In this document: positions 1 through 8,888 of the stretch, in pieces
Numbering within the stretch: the stretch's first letter is position 1
How the letters are laid out: each line of letters starts with the position of its first letter
Source of the DNA: an uncultured Saprospiraceae bacterium
GTDB taxonomy: Bacteria > Bacteroidota > Bacteroidia > Chitinophagales > Saprospiraceae
NCBI GenBank assembly: GCA_964423205.1
Contig: CAYRDX010000009.1
Span: 6,535-70,534 of the forward strand
Direction of reading: 5' to 3'
Length of the DNA stretch: 64,000 nucleotides
The notes under the pieces: generated by a model
The model's input: only the letters and a program-made list of their open reading frames with translations
What the model was told of the DNA's origin: nothing
The model's database searches: none
Program-made: the position numbers and the translations under genes

Positions 1-538
1 TGGCTAGGCCCTTTTTCAGCAGCCAAGGGCACAGTATCAGGAAAAACAGATTGAAGCCAATATTGAGGGCTATGCCGGTGAGCCGTACCGCAGCAAATCT
101 TATGGGTCTGCTTTCAAGCCTCAGACGGGCCAGAGGGATTTCGGCCAGCGTATCCAGAGCCAGTATCAGACCGAATATGGTGATGTAACTGCTCTGAAAT
201 GGTGCATAATCCAGCCAGGACGTTATTTCTTTTGAAAAAACGAGTATAAGTAATGAAAACAAAAGTGAAGTACCTGCTACCGACCAAAGGGAAGTGGAAT
301 AGGCTTCCTCTCTTTGCTCTTTATCTGTTCCAAAGCGGAAAAAAGCCGTTTCCATCCGGTAAATGAATATCACCATCAGAAAGGCCGTCAGTGCATACAA
401 CTCCGACACAATGCCGTATTCTGCATCCAGGAAAATCCGGGTATAAATTGGCACGAGCAGGTAGTTCAGCACTCTGCCTATGATGGAACTAAGTCCATAA
501 ATGGCCGTTTCGCCAGCAAGTCGTTTGAGTAGTGACAA
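1..538 (-). CDS. oligosaccharide/polysaccharide flippase family protein (MOP superfamily), N-terminal part; the 3' end lies beyond the left edge
   Basis: An open minus-strand frame starts at TTG 538 and runs off the window. The translation LSLLKRLAGETAIYGLSSIIGRVLNYLLVPIYTRIF...YRMETAFFRFG, followed by hydrophobic helices, resembles the conserved N-terminus of Bacteroidota Wzx-like flippases. It is absent from the ORF track because no stop codon lies in the window. Confidence 0.6.
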   Translation of the reverse strand, partial: MSLLKRLAGETAIYGLSSIIGRVLNYLLVPIYTRIFLDAEYGIVSELYALTAFLMVIFIYRMETAFFRFGTDKEQREEAYSTSLWSVAGTSLLFSLLILVFSKEITSWLDYAPFQSSYITIFGLILALDTLAEIPLARLRLESRPIRFAAVRLTGIALNIGFNLFFLILCPWLLKKGLA

Positions 539-550
539 GGTTTTATTGTT

Positions 551-716
551 GAGAATATGAGCATATGAGGATATGAGGATATGAGGATTTGAGAATGGGA
601 GGATTTGAAAAGGAAAAACAGATACTAATCTAAGCTCACCCTTTATATCTCATATCTCATAGTTCATAGTTCATATCTCATAGTTCATAGTTCATAGTTC
701 ATATCTCATAGTTCAG
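551..716. repeat. block of 7-8 nt word tandem repeats forming an imperfect hairpin
   Basis: The left arm is atgaggat-type 8-mers (551-613). The right arm is ten consecutive heptamers, tcatatc (A) or tcatagt (B), in the order AABBABBBAB (647-716). The A units are partly complementary to the left arm. Confidence 0.8.
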
Positions 717-813
717 TCGTGGCAAATTTGTTCAATTTCCTTCACAATCCTCTATCTTTACCCGGCTTTTAAAAATCAGTTATATTTTCCCGATTCAAAT
801 CCTCAATTCTTCA

Positions 814-829
814 CCCCGAGTACTCGGGG
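814..829. repeat. 16-bp perfect palindrome CCCCGAGTACTCGGGG, copy 1
   Basis: Read directly from the sequence. It is flanked on both sides by the word caaatcctc and ends 15 nt upstream of the M42 peptidase ATG. An identical palindrome lies at 12855-12870. Confidence 0.9.
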
Positions 830-844
830 TCAAATCCTCCTAAA

Positions 845-1909
845 ATGGCCGATACCCAAAACATAAACATCGCGCTACTCAGTAAAATTTGCGAAATCCC
901 GGGGGCACCCGGTTTCGAACAGCGTATCCGGGAATTTGTGATACGGGAAATCAATCCTTTGGTTGATGAAGTCAGCATCGACAACATGGGTAGTATCATT
1001 GCGGTGAAAAAAGGACGGGAACGCAAAAAGGTCGTAATTGCAGCCCACCTCGACGAGATTGGCTTTATGGTGACCCATATCGATGAAGAGGGCTATGTCA
1101 GGATTCACCCTCTTGGTGGTTTTGACCCAAAGACATTGACCGCCCAGCGTGTGCTTGTCCATGGTAAAAAAGACATCATGGGTGTGATGGGTACCAAGCC
1201 TATTCATTTGATGAAACCTGAGGAGCGTAAGAAGGCACCGGATATCCAGGATTATTTTGTTGACCTCGGCCTGCCAAAATCAGAAGTCGAAAAAGTAGTG
1301 TCCGTGGGTGACCCCATCACCCGTGAGCGGGAACTCATTGAAGTAGGGGAGTGTGTCAATAGCAAGAGCATCGACAACAGGGTTTCGGTGTTCATTTTGA
1401 TAGAGGCATTGCGGGAATTGCAGAGCAAGGAATTGCCTTACGATGTGTACGCTGTTTTCACCGTACAGGAAGAAGTGGGCATTCGCGGTGCGGTATCTGC
1501 TGCCCACCGCCTCGACCCGGATTTCGGGATCGCACTCGATACGACCATTGCTTTTGATATTCCCGGCTCCAATCCTCACGAAGTGGTAACCAAACTCGGT
1601 AAAGGAACCGCCATCAAAATCATGGACAGCTCGGCGATCAGCGATTACCGCATGGTTCGTTATCTGAAAGAACTGGCGGAAAAAAACAATATCAAATGGC
1701 AACCGGAAATATTACCCGCTGGTGGAACAGATACCATGGGCATTCAGCGATACGGTAAACATGGTTCTATAGCAGGCGCAATTTCTATCCCTACAAGGCA
1801 TATTCATTCGGTTATTGAGATGGCCAATAAGAATGATATACGCCAAAGTATCGAACTTCTGAAAGTAGCTCTTCTGAATCTGGACAATTACGACTGGACC
1901 TTCAAATAG
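845..1909 (+). CDS. M42 family metallopeptidase (glutamyl aminopeptidase / FrvX-like)
   Basis: 354-aa ORF. HLDEIGFMVTHIDEEGYVRIHPLGGFDPKTL and DNRVSVFILIEALREL are typical of M42 aminopeptidases. Confidence 0.85.
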   Translation: MADTQNINIALLSKICEIPGAPGFEQRIREFVIREINPLVDEVSIDNMGSIIAVKKGRERKKVVIAAHLDEIGFMVTHIDEEGYVRIHPLGGFDPKTLTAQRVLVHGKKDIMGVMGTKPIHLMKPEERKKAPDIQDYFVDLGLPKSEVEKVVSVGDPITRERELIEVGECVNSKSIDNRVSVFILIEALRELQSKELPYDVYAVFTVQEEVGIRGAVSAAHRLDPDFGIALDTTIAFDIPGSNPHEVVTKLGKGTAIKIMDSSAISDYRMVRYLKELAEKNNIKWQPEILPAGGTDTMGIQRYGKHGSIAGAISIPTRHIHSVIEMANKNDIRQSIELLKVALLNLDNYDWTFK

Positions 1910-1981
1910 GTCCAAATCCAAAAAAAAGGTAGAATTATTGGATTTGAATCCGAAAATTCAATTATTTTTCGGGAAAAACAA

Positions 1982-3127
1982 ATGATAACCCGAATTCAGG
2001 AAGAAAGAATCAAGTCCTATCTGGATAAAGGGAAAGCCATCATCGTAACCGGCCCGCGGCAAATTGGCAAGACAACCTTATTACAGGAAATAGCACGACA
2101 ATTAGGACGAAAAACCTTGTGGCTCACTGGTGACGACCCTGTGACAAGGAACGTCCTGGAAAATGTCTCTCTTGGGCGCTTGCAGACCATCATCGGTGAA
2201 CATGAAGTCGTGGTTGTGGATGAAGCACAGCGTTTGTTCAACGCCGGCCTGACTTTGAAATTGATTACAGATCATATCAAGGACGTACAGTTGTTCGTTT
2301 CAGGTTCCTCTTCGCTCGACCTTGCAGCAGAGACAAAAGAAAGTCTGGTGGGCAGAAGGTATGAGTTCCCGCTATATCCAGTTTCATTCGGTGAGATGGT
2401 CAAACACCACGGTTACATTACTGAAAGGTCTTTGTTGGAGCACAGGATGATTTACGGTTATTACCCGGAGGTCGTGACAAGTGGGCCTGATGAAGGAATT
2501 AAGATACTCAATACCTTGTCGGACGGGCTGATGTACAAAGACTTGCTGACGCTCGACCAGCTTAAAAAACCTTCTCTTTTGGTCAAATTGCTGCAGGCCC
2601 TTGCCCTCCAGATTGGAAATGAAGTCAGTTACAATGAAGTAGCACAACTTATTGGTGCCGACCCGGTCACTGTCGAAAAATACATCGATTTGTTAGAGCA
2701 GTCTTTTGTATTGTTTCGCCTTCCATCATTAAGCCGGAATGTCAGAAACGAAATCAAGAAAGGCCGGAAAATATATTTTTACGATACCGGGATCCGCAAT
2801 TCCATCATTAAGAACTTCAGTCCTCTGAATCTGAGGTTGGATACTGGTGCTTTGTGGGAAAATTTCCTGCTTGCCGAGCGGCAAAAACGCAACACTTATA
2901 GGGATTATTATTGTAACGCCTACTTTTGGCGCACAACAACCCAACAGGAGATTGACTACGTCGAGGATAACAACGGCAAACTGTGTGCTTACGAATTTAA
3001 GTGGCAAACGCATAAGGAACCTCGTTTCCCAAAGACCTTTCTCGAAGCTTATCCGGAAAGTGAAACGAAATATATTCACAGGGAAAACTTCGATGAGTTT
3101 GTCGGGCAGGAAGACGTTGTTCGTTGA
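1982..3127 (+). CDS. AAA+ ATPase with C-terminal DUF4143-like region
   Basis: 381-aa ORF with Walker A GPRQIGKTT and Walker B VVVVDEAQ. The overall layout matches the common Bacteroidota AAA/DUF4143 ATP-binding proteins. Confidence 0.75.
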   Translation: MITRIQEERIKSYLDKGKAIIVTGPRQIGKTTLLQEIARQLGRKTLWLTGDDPVTRNVLENVSLGRLQTIIGEHEVVVVDEAQRLFNAGLTLKLITDHIKDVQLFVSGSSSLDLAAETKESLVGRRYEFPLYPVSFGEMVKHHGYITERSLLEHRMIYGYYPEVVTSGPDEGIKILNTLSDGLMYKDLLTLDQLKKPSLLVKLLQALALQIGNEVSYNEVAQLIGADPVTVEKYIDLLEQSFVLFRLPSLSRNVRNEIKKGRKIYFYDTGIRNSIIKNFSPLNLRLDTGALWENFLLAERQKRNTYRDYYCNAYFWRTTTQQEIDYVEDNNGKLCAYEFKWQTHKEPRFPKTFLEAYPESETKYIHRENFDEFVGQEDVVR

Positions 3128-3129
3128 TA

Positions 3130-3165
3130 GTTGTTGGTTGTTAGTTCCAACTAACAACCAACAAC
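3130..3165. terminator. perfect 17-bp hairpin between convergent genes (putative bidirectional terminator, no U-tract)
   Basis: gttgttggttgttagtt cc aactaacaaccaacaac, built from gttggtt/aaccaac words. It lies between the stop at 3127 (+) and the stop at 3183 (-). Confidence 0.55.
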
Positions 3166-3182
3166 CAACAACTAACACTCTT

Positions 3183-3998
3183 CTAAACCGACACATCATA
3201 ATCCCTCAGCGCCGAATTCAACGACACCTTCTTATTCGTGCTTTCACTGCGTTTACCAATGATTAATGCACAGGATACCTGGAATTCACCGGCAGGGAAT
3301 TGCTTTGAATAAGTGCCGGGAATAACCACTGAGCGGGCGGGAACACGGCCTTTGTACTTAACAGGTTCAGAACCGGTTACATCTATGATATGGGTGGATT
3401 GGGTGAGTACCACATTGGCACCTAAAACGGCCTCTTTTTCTACCCTGACTCCTTCCACAACGATGCAGCGGGAACCAATAAAGGCATCGTCTTCGATGAT
3501 ACAAGGCGCTGCCTGTGGCGGTTCCAGAACGCCTCCAATGCCAACACCTCCGCTCAGGTGTACATTGCGGCCAATCTGAGCGCAAGAGCCGACTGTGGCC
3601 CAGGTATCAACCATGGTGCCACTGCCCACCCAGGCGCCAATGTTTACATAACTCGGCATCATAATGACCCCTTTTTCCAAAAAAGCCCCATAGCGGGCTA
3701 TGGCGTGAGGTACCACACGGACGCCTTGTGCGGCAAAATTTTTCTTGAGGGCAATTTTATCGTGAAACTCAAAAGGAGGTGCTTCAATGGTTTCCATTTT
3801 CTGGATGGGGAAATAAAGTATGACAGCCTTTTTCACCCAGTCGTTCACTTTCCAGTCGCCATTGTCTGGTTCTGCTACGCGCAGTTCACCCACGTCTAGT
3901 TTGGCGACCACGCTTTTGATGGCATCCTGTACGAAATCTTTTTCCAACAGGCTGCGGTCGTCCCACGCCTGATTTATAATTTTCTGAAGGTCTTGCAT
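3183..3998 (-). CDS. dapD: 2,3,4,5-tetrahydropyridine-2,6-dicarboxylate N-succinyltransferase
   Basis: 271-aa ORF. The N-terminus IINQAWDDRSLL and the hexapeptide-repeat core (GAWVGSGTMVDTWATVGSCAQIGRNVHLSGGVGIGGVLEP) are typical of DapD. Confidence 0.85.
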   Translation of the reverse strand: MQDLQKIINQAWDDRSLLEKDFVQDAIKSVVAKLDVGELRVAEPDNGDWKVNDWVKKAVILYFPIQKMETIEAPPFEFHDKIALKKNFAAQGVRVVPHAIARYGAFLEKGVIMMPSYVNIGAWVGSGTMVDTWATVGSCAQIGRNVHLSGGVGIGGVLEPPQAAPCIIEDDAFIGSRCIVVEGVRVEKEAVLGANVVLTQSTHIIDVTGSEPVKYKGRVPARSVVIPGTYSKQFPAGEFQVSCALIIGKRSESTNKKVSLNSALRDYDVSV

Positions 3999-4009
3999 GT
4001 ATTGTTTTT

Positions 4010-4097
4010 TTGCTGTTGGCTATTGGCGATTGGCTGCTTGCCCCTGCGGGGTTGGCTGTTGGCTCAAACTCCAAACTTCAAACTTCAAACTCCAAAC
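4010..4097. repeat. two adjacent heptamer word arrays (nnttggc x5, then tncaaac x5)
   Basis: tgttggc tattggc gattggc ... gttggc tgttggc is followed by tcaaac tccaaac ttcaaac ttcaaac tccaaac. The array abuts the stop codon of the SPOR gene. Confidence 0.75.
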
Positions 4098-4510
4098 TAC
4101 TTAAGTAACTCTTCCGGCCTGATGTCGGTATCCTGAACAGGATAGGCAGCAGGGTAGTCGCGTTTGAGGAGGTACAATGTGCGCAGGGCTTCCCTTTTGG
4201 TGGCGAATGCTCCTGCCCTGATTTTATAATATGGTTTGGCATGCACCCAACTGGAAGCAACCCAAGGATATAGTGCTTGAAATTGGCTCAAGGCGTTTTC
4301 CATTCTTTGCCGATCGGTGGTGGCGAGAATTTGAACCCGCCATCCTTTCATGGTAGAAGAAGATTTGTTAATATCGATGAATCGCTGCATCAGTTGTGCA
4401 ACCCGCGGGTCAACTGTTTCACGAATCTGACCCTGCGCATGTATAGCAGTTATACCAAAGACGGTGAAACAAAGGAGGATGAATATTTTTCGCATAGCTC
4501 TGTTTTTCAC
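4097..4510 (-). CDS. SPOR domain-containing protein (secreted)
   Basis: 137-aa ORF with a signal peptide (MRKIFILLCFTVFGITAIHA). The C-terminal GWRVQILATTDRQRMENALSQF...YYKIRAGAFATKREA is SPOR-like. Confidence 0.7.
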   Translation of the reverse strand: MKNRAMRKIFILLCFTVFGITAIHAQGQIRETVDPRVAQLMQRFIDINKSSSTMKGWRVQILATTDRQRMENALSQFQALYPWVASSWVHAKPYYKIRAGAFATKREALRTLYLLKRDYPAAYPVQDTDIRPEELLK

Positions 4511-4558
4511 AAAAATAGAGAATTGTCATGTTTTACAACTGATGGAAGAGGCAAAGTT

Positions 4559-5206
4559 TTAATTCGCAATGAGTTGTACGCCAACCGAGGTGCCGATTCT
4601 GTCAGCACCCGCAGCTACGAGTGCTTCTGCAAAATTTCTGTCGCGAATATCGCCGGACGCCTTGACACGGACTTCAGGAGGCAATATATTCCTGAGAAAA
4701 CTTACCGATTCGATGGAAGCACCCGGTCCAATTACCCCTGAGGAGGTTTTAATAAAGTCAACTTCTGCAGCAACGGATAATTCACAAATGTGCCTGAGTT
4801 CATCCTCAGATAATTGAGCGGTTTCAACGATGAGTTTCAGAATTTTCCCTTTCATGTGGCACATAGTTACCATGGATTCTATTTCGTTTTTCACAGTACC
4901 CCATTGCTCAGATTTGATAGCACATAAGTTTACCATAGCGTCCACTTCATCGGCACCTTCGACAAAGGCCTTTTTCATCTCTTCAATTTTGGCAGCTACG
5001 TGACTGTAACCAAAGGGAAATCCGGCTACTGTCACTATGTTGACCGGCGCATCTTTAATAATACTTCTGGCAGTCTTGACAAAAAAAGGAGGAATGCAGA
5101 CACCTGCAAACTGATGATTCAAGGACTCTTGGCAGTATTTAGCAACTTCATCTGGTCTTGATAAGGGGCTCAGAATAGTATGGTCAATTCGTTGGGATAA
5201 GTTCAT
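4559..5206 (-). CDS. deoC: deoxyribose-phosphate aldolase
   Basis: MNLSQRIDHTILSP...FAGVCIPPFFV...FIKTSSG (Schiff-base Lys context). The ORF track extends to 5290, but the ATG at 5206 gives the canonical DeoC N-terminus. Confidence 0.85.
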   Translation of the reverse strand: MNLSQRIDHTILSPLSRPDEVAKYCQESLNHQFAGVCIPPFFVKTARSIIKDAPVNIVTVAGFPFGYSHVAAKIEEMKKAFVEGADEVDAMVNLCAIKSEQWGTVKNEIESMVTMCHMKGKILKLIVETAQLSEDELRHICELSVAAEVDFIKTSSGVIGPGASIESVSFLRNILPPEVRVKASGDIRDRNFAEALVAAGADRIGTSVGVQLIAN

Positions 5207-5633
5207 CGGTGTAGTTTTTGATCGGTCCATGGTCATTCTCAGCTGAGGGTTGCTGAAAAGTGGCTGCAAATTACAGGAAAAAAAGGCCAAGGGTCAAATC
5301 AATTAATCACTCTTTGGGAAAAGTTTTTATTTACTAACATTCTACAAGTTGAGTTTTGTAGGGTTAAAATTTCAGGAACTTGATCGATAACCTGCTACAA
5401 AAAGTTCTGGTACAATGCTTTGTATTTTTTTACCCGAATGGCATTTGAAGTGAAAGGTATGGCGATTCCGCGTGCCAATTTTTTATCAACATCAAATACG
5501 TGTTAATTAACATTTGTCGGGCCCACAACTTTTCCACATCAGGCATCTATCACCAGATTTCCTCGTAGCTTTGTTGTGCATCCAATGGCCTTCAAATCAG
5601 AAGAAAACCAGCGCCAAAGATTACTTATTCGCC

Positions 5634-7178
5634 ATGTCAGAAAATAGCAATGCTCAAAAAAAAGTAAGGAACCTGAAATCCAACCCGAGAACCCGGGGTC
5701 AGATGGAGGGCCAATTGTCAGATTATGTATTCGGGAAAGTGCCACCCCAGGCTGTTGATATTGAGGAAGCAGTATTAGGGGCATTGATGCTGGATAAAGA
5801 CGCCTTGCCTATCGTATTGGAAAATCTCAATCCGGAGAGTTTTTATACAGAAGCCAATCAGCTGATATACCGTGCGATGCGGCAATTGTTTGAGCGTTCC
5901 CATCCGGTTGATTTACTCACCGTAACAGAGGAATTGAAAAAGTCAGGCGACCTCGAAACGGTGGGTGGCCCTACATACCTCGTCAACCTGACGAACAGGG
6001 TTGCGTCCAGTGCCAATATTGAATACCACTCAAGGATCGTTTCGCAAAAGCATATCCAGCGTGAACTCATCAGGGTTTCCACACAAATTATCAAAGATGC
6101 TTTTGAGGATACTACCGATGTTTTCGACTTGTTGGATGACGCGGAAAAGGAACTGTTCAATGTGTCGGAAAACAACCTGAGGCGGCAATACCACAGCATG
6201 GGTGAGTTGACGGCCAAGACTTACAAAATGTTGGAAGAGCTGAAAAATAAGAAAGATGGTTTAACCGGCGTGCCGACGGGTTTTACCAACCTCGACAGGC
6301 TGACTTCCGGTTGGCAATCTTCCGACCTAATCATCGTAGCTGCCCGGCCCGGCATGGGTAAAACCTCTTTTGTACTGTCATTGGCCTTGAATGCCGCAAT
6401 GGATTTCCAAAGGCCCGTTGCTTTTTTTTCCTTGGAGATGGCGAGTACTCAGTTGGTGCAGAGGTTGATTTCTGTGCATTCCGAGATTGATGTGAGTAAG
6501 TTACGTACCGGTAAATTGCAGGAATATGAGTGGACACAGTTACACCACACCATCGAGAAATTGAGCAATATTCCGCTTTACATTGACGATACTCCGGGTA
6601 TCAACATTTTTGAACTGAGAGCCAAATGTCGCCGCCTCAAAAAACAACAAAAAATTCAAATGGTAATCGTGGACTATCTCCAGTTAATGAGTGGTGGCCC
6701 TGAAGCTTTCCGTTCTGCCAACCGGGAGCAGGAAATCAGTAATATTTCGCGTTCACTGAAAAGTATGGCTAAAGAATTGGATGTACCGGTCATTGCCCTT
6801 TCGCAGCTCAGCCGTCAAACCGAAATCAGGGGAGGTTCCAAAAAGCCGCAGCTTTCAGACCTGCGGGAATCTGGTGCTATTGAGCAGGATGCAGACATCG
6901 TTTCTTTTATCTATCGACCGGAGTACTACGACATCTTTGAAGATGAAAAGGGAAATTCCAATAAAGGTGTTGCGGAAATTATACTGGCTAAACACAGGAA
7001 CGGCCCAACTGATATGGTAAGGCTGCGATTTATCGACAAGTACACCAAGTTCACAAATTTGGATGAATTCAATTTTGACAATTTATCGCCAACAGATTCA
7101 TTTTCGCCACAACTCGAATCACAAGGAGTAATCAAACGGTCGTCGAAAATGAATGACGAAGAGGAAATTCCTTTCTGA
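5634..7178 (+). CDS. dnaB: replicative DNA helicase
   Basis: Contains PPQAVDIEEAVLGALMLD, Walker A ARPGMGKTSF and IVDYLQLM. The ATG at 5634 is preferred over the TTG at 5514 used by the ORF track. Confidence 0.9.
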   Translation: MSENSNAQKKVRNLKSNPRTRGQMEGQLSDYVFGKVPPQAVDIEEAVLGALMLDKDALPIVLENLNPESFYTEANQLIYRAMRQLFERSHPVDLLTVTEELKKSGDLETVGGPTYLVNLTNRVASSANIEYHSRIVSQKHIQRELIRVSTQIIKDAFEDTTDVFDLLDDAEKELFNVSENNLRRQYHSMGELTAKTYKMLEELKNKKDGLTGVPTGFTNLDRLTSGWQSSDLIIVAARPGMGKTSFVLSLALNAAMDFQRPVAFFSLEMASTQLVQRLISVHSEIDVSKLRTGKLQEYEWTQLHHTIEKLSNIPLYIDDTPGINIFELRAKCRRLKKQQKIQMVIVDYLQLMSGGPEAFRSANREQEISNISRSLKSMAKELDVPVIALSQLSRQTEIRGGSKKPQLSDLRESGAIEQDADIVSFIYRPEYYDIFEDEKGNSNKGVAEIILAKHRNGPTDMVRLRFIDKYTKFTNLDEFNFDNLSPTDSFSPQLESQGVIKRSSKMNDEEEIPF

Positions 7179-7217
7179 AACGAAGGAGTGAAGGGGTGAA
7201 TGACTGAAGGGTTGACT

Positions 7218-7299
7218 GAGTGAATGAGGAACTCTGTGAACCTTAATGCTCTCCGTGGCTCCTTGGTAAACAATGAGTGAATGAGGACTTCTATGAACC
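7218..7299. repeat. direct repeat of a 26-nt unit (gagtgaatgaggaNctctNtgaacct) spaced 56 bp apart
   Basis: Copies lie at 7218-7243 and 7274-7299, downstream of dnaB. Each contains CTCTGTG/CTCCGTG-type heptads. Confidence 0.7.
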
Positions 7300-7628
7300 T
7301 TTGTGTCCTCCAGATTTGTTTTTAGTTGAAATCCAGAGCTTTTTAACAAATAATCAAGGCGCTTTTACCACCTTTGCAGCCAAATTGGCTATTATAGTTA
7401 CTCGTTTTGAAAGTAGACTATCCAACTAAGGTGAGAGTTTTGGAAGTTGAGAATGGGCTTTGCTTTAATTATCTCAACTCTCAACCTCCTGAACCTGCTC
7501 AACTAATTGAGAAACCTTGAAAGTTTAAATTCATTTTTCAATTGGGCCAACTATGATACAAGTTAATTAATCTACCCCAGGAACGTGATAAGGGCATTAT
7601 CCCACATGATTTATTAAAATCCACTCTA

Positions 7629-8879
7629 TTGAGTTTCGACGAATTTGGCTTAGCACCCTCCATTCTGGAAGGCCTGGCCGCAATAGGCTTTGAAACTGCC
7701 ACCCCAGTACAGGAGTTGGCTATCCCGGTTGTGATGAACAAAAGGGATATACTGGCCTGTGCTCAAACCGGAACCGGAAAAACTGCTGCCTTCCTGTTAC
7801 CCATTCTGCATAGGTTAGTCGTGGAGCCAAACAATGGTGTTGACACCATCATTCTCGAACCCACCAGGGAATTGGCTATTCAGGTGGACCAACAATTGGA
7901 AGGATTGTCCTATTTCACCGATATCAGTTCTATAGCCGTTTATGGTGGCCGCGACGGCCAGTCCATGGAGCAGGAAATGAAAGCCTTGAAGACAGGGGCG
8001 GACATTATAGTGGCTACGCCGGGACGTTTGCTTTCTCACCTGCAAATGGGGTACGTCAAGCTGGATTCAGTCAGGCATCTTGTTCTCGATGAAGCCGACC
8101 GTATGCTGGATATGGGTTTCATTACCGATATCATGACCATCATCCACAAAATTCCGCGTAAAAGGCAGAATCTGTTGTTTTCAGCCACTATGCCTGATGA
8201 AATCAGGAAGTTTTCAAAAAACATTCTCAACAATCCTGCGGAAATCAGCATCGCCATTTCAAAGCCAGCCGATGGCATTATTCAGGGAGCATACATGGTC
8301 AATGAAAGTTCTAAAAACAAACTCATTGAACATCTCCTTAAAAGTCAGAATAACAAACAAAAGCGGGTCCTCATTTTTGCAAGCAGTAAAAAAAGCACCA
8401 AAGAACTCGCTGCCTATCTGACACGTAAGGGTTATCCCGCTGCCGACATTCATTCCGACCTCGACCAGCAACAACGTGAAAATACGCTGCTGGCATTCCG
8501 AAATAATTCTGTTCCTATTCTCGTAGCAACCGATGTCTTGTCCCGGGGAATCGACATCAGAGGTATTGATGTAGTAATTAATTATGATGTACCCAGTGAC
8601 CCGGAGGATTACGTGCACAGAATCGGCAGGACTGCCAGAGCCGACGAAACCGGTGTCGCCCTGACACTGATCACCCGCCAGACGACCCGTAAGTTTCAGC
8701 GTATAGAAAAACTCACAGGAATGGCCGTGAAACGACTTCCTGTACCTTTTGAGCAGGAGGAAGATTCCGTTAATGAACAAAGGAGAGATTCCAGAAAAAA
8801 AAGATATCGCAGAAAACCATCCGGATCTGGACGCAACCATGCAAGGGGCAAAAAACCTTCCGGTAATTCAAAGCCATAA
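7629..8879 (+). CDS. DEAD-box ATP-dependent RNA helicase with a basic C-terminal tail
   Basis: Has the Q-motif region, AQTGTGKT, DEAD (VLDEADRML), SAT and HRIGRTAR motifs. The start is TTG. Confidence 0.9.
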   Translation: MSFDEFGLAPSILEGLAAIGFETATPVQELAIPVVMNKRDILACAQTGTGKTAAFLLPILHRLVVEPNNGVDTIILEPTRELAIQVDQQLEGLSYFTDISSIAVYGGRDGQSMEQEMKALKTGADIIVATPGRLLSHLQMGYVKLDSVRHLVLDEADRMLDMGFITDIMTIIHKIPRKRQNLLFSATMPDEIRKFSKNILNNPAEISIAISKPADGIIQGAYMVNESSKNKLIEHLLKSQNNKQKRVLIFASSKKSTKELAAYLTRKGYPAADIHSDLDQQQRENTLLAFRNNSVPILVATDVLSRGIDIRGIDVVINYDVPSDPEDYVHRIGRTARADETGVALTLITRQTTRKFQRIEKLTGMAVKRLPVPFEQEEDSVNEQRRDSRKKRYRRKPSGSGRNHARGKKPSGNSKP

Positions 8880-8888
8880 CACAGGATA

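Noticed and set aside
314-532. 72-aa plus-strand ORF at the left edge
   Set aside because: It is antisense to the much better supported flippase N-terminus, which is open to the window edge and has a conserved motif and TM helices.
541-720. Possible CRISPR array; the same question applies to 23961-24002 and 4010-4097
   Set aside because: The repeat units are only 7-8 nt and are directly abutting, with no spacers. There are no cas genes in the window. These are microsatellite-like word arrays, not CRISPR.
2729-3266. ORFs 2729..3199 (-) and 2847..3266 (+) spanning the ATPase 3' end and the hairpin
   Set aside because: They overlap the well-supported AAA/DUF4143 and dapD genes and read through the gttggtt/aaccaac word hairpin. 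The QQPTTN-like low-complexity peptides are repeat translations.
5514-5633. N-terminal 40-aa extension of DnaB from a TTG start (track ORF 5514..7178)
   Set aside because: The extension (MSGPQLFHIRHLSPDFLVALLCIQWPS...) has no DnaB-like character. The ATG at 5634 yields a protein of typical DnaB length.
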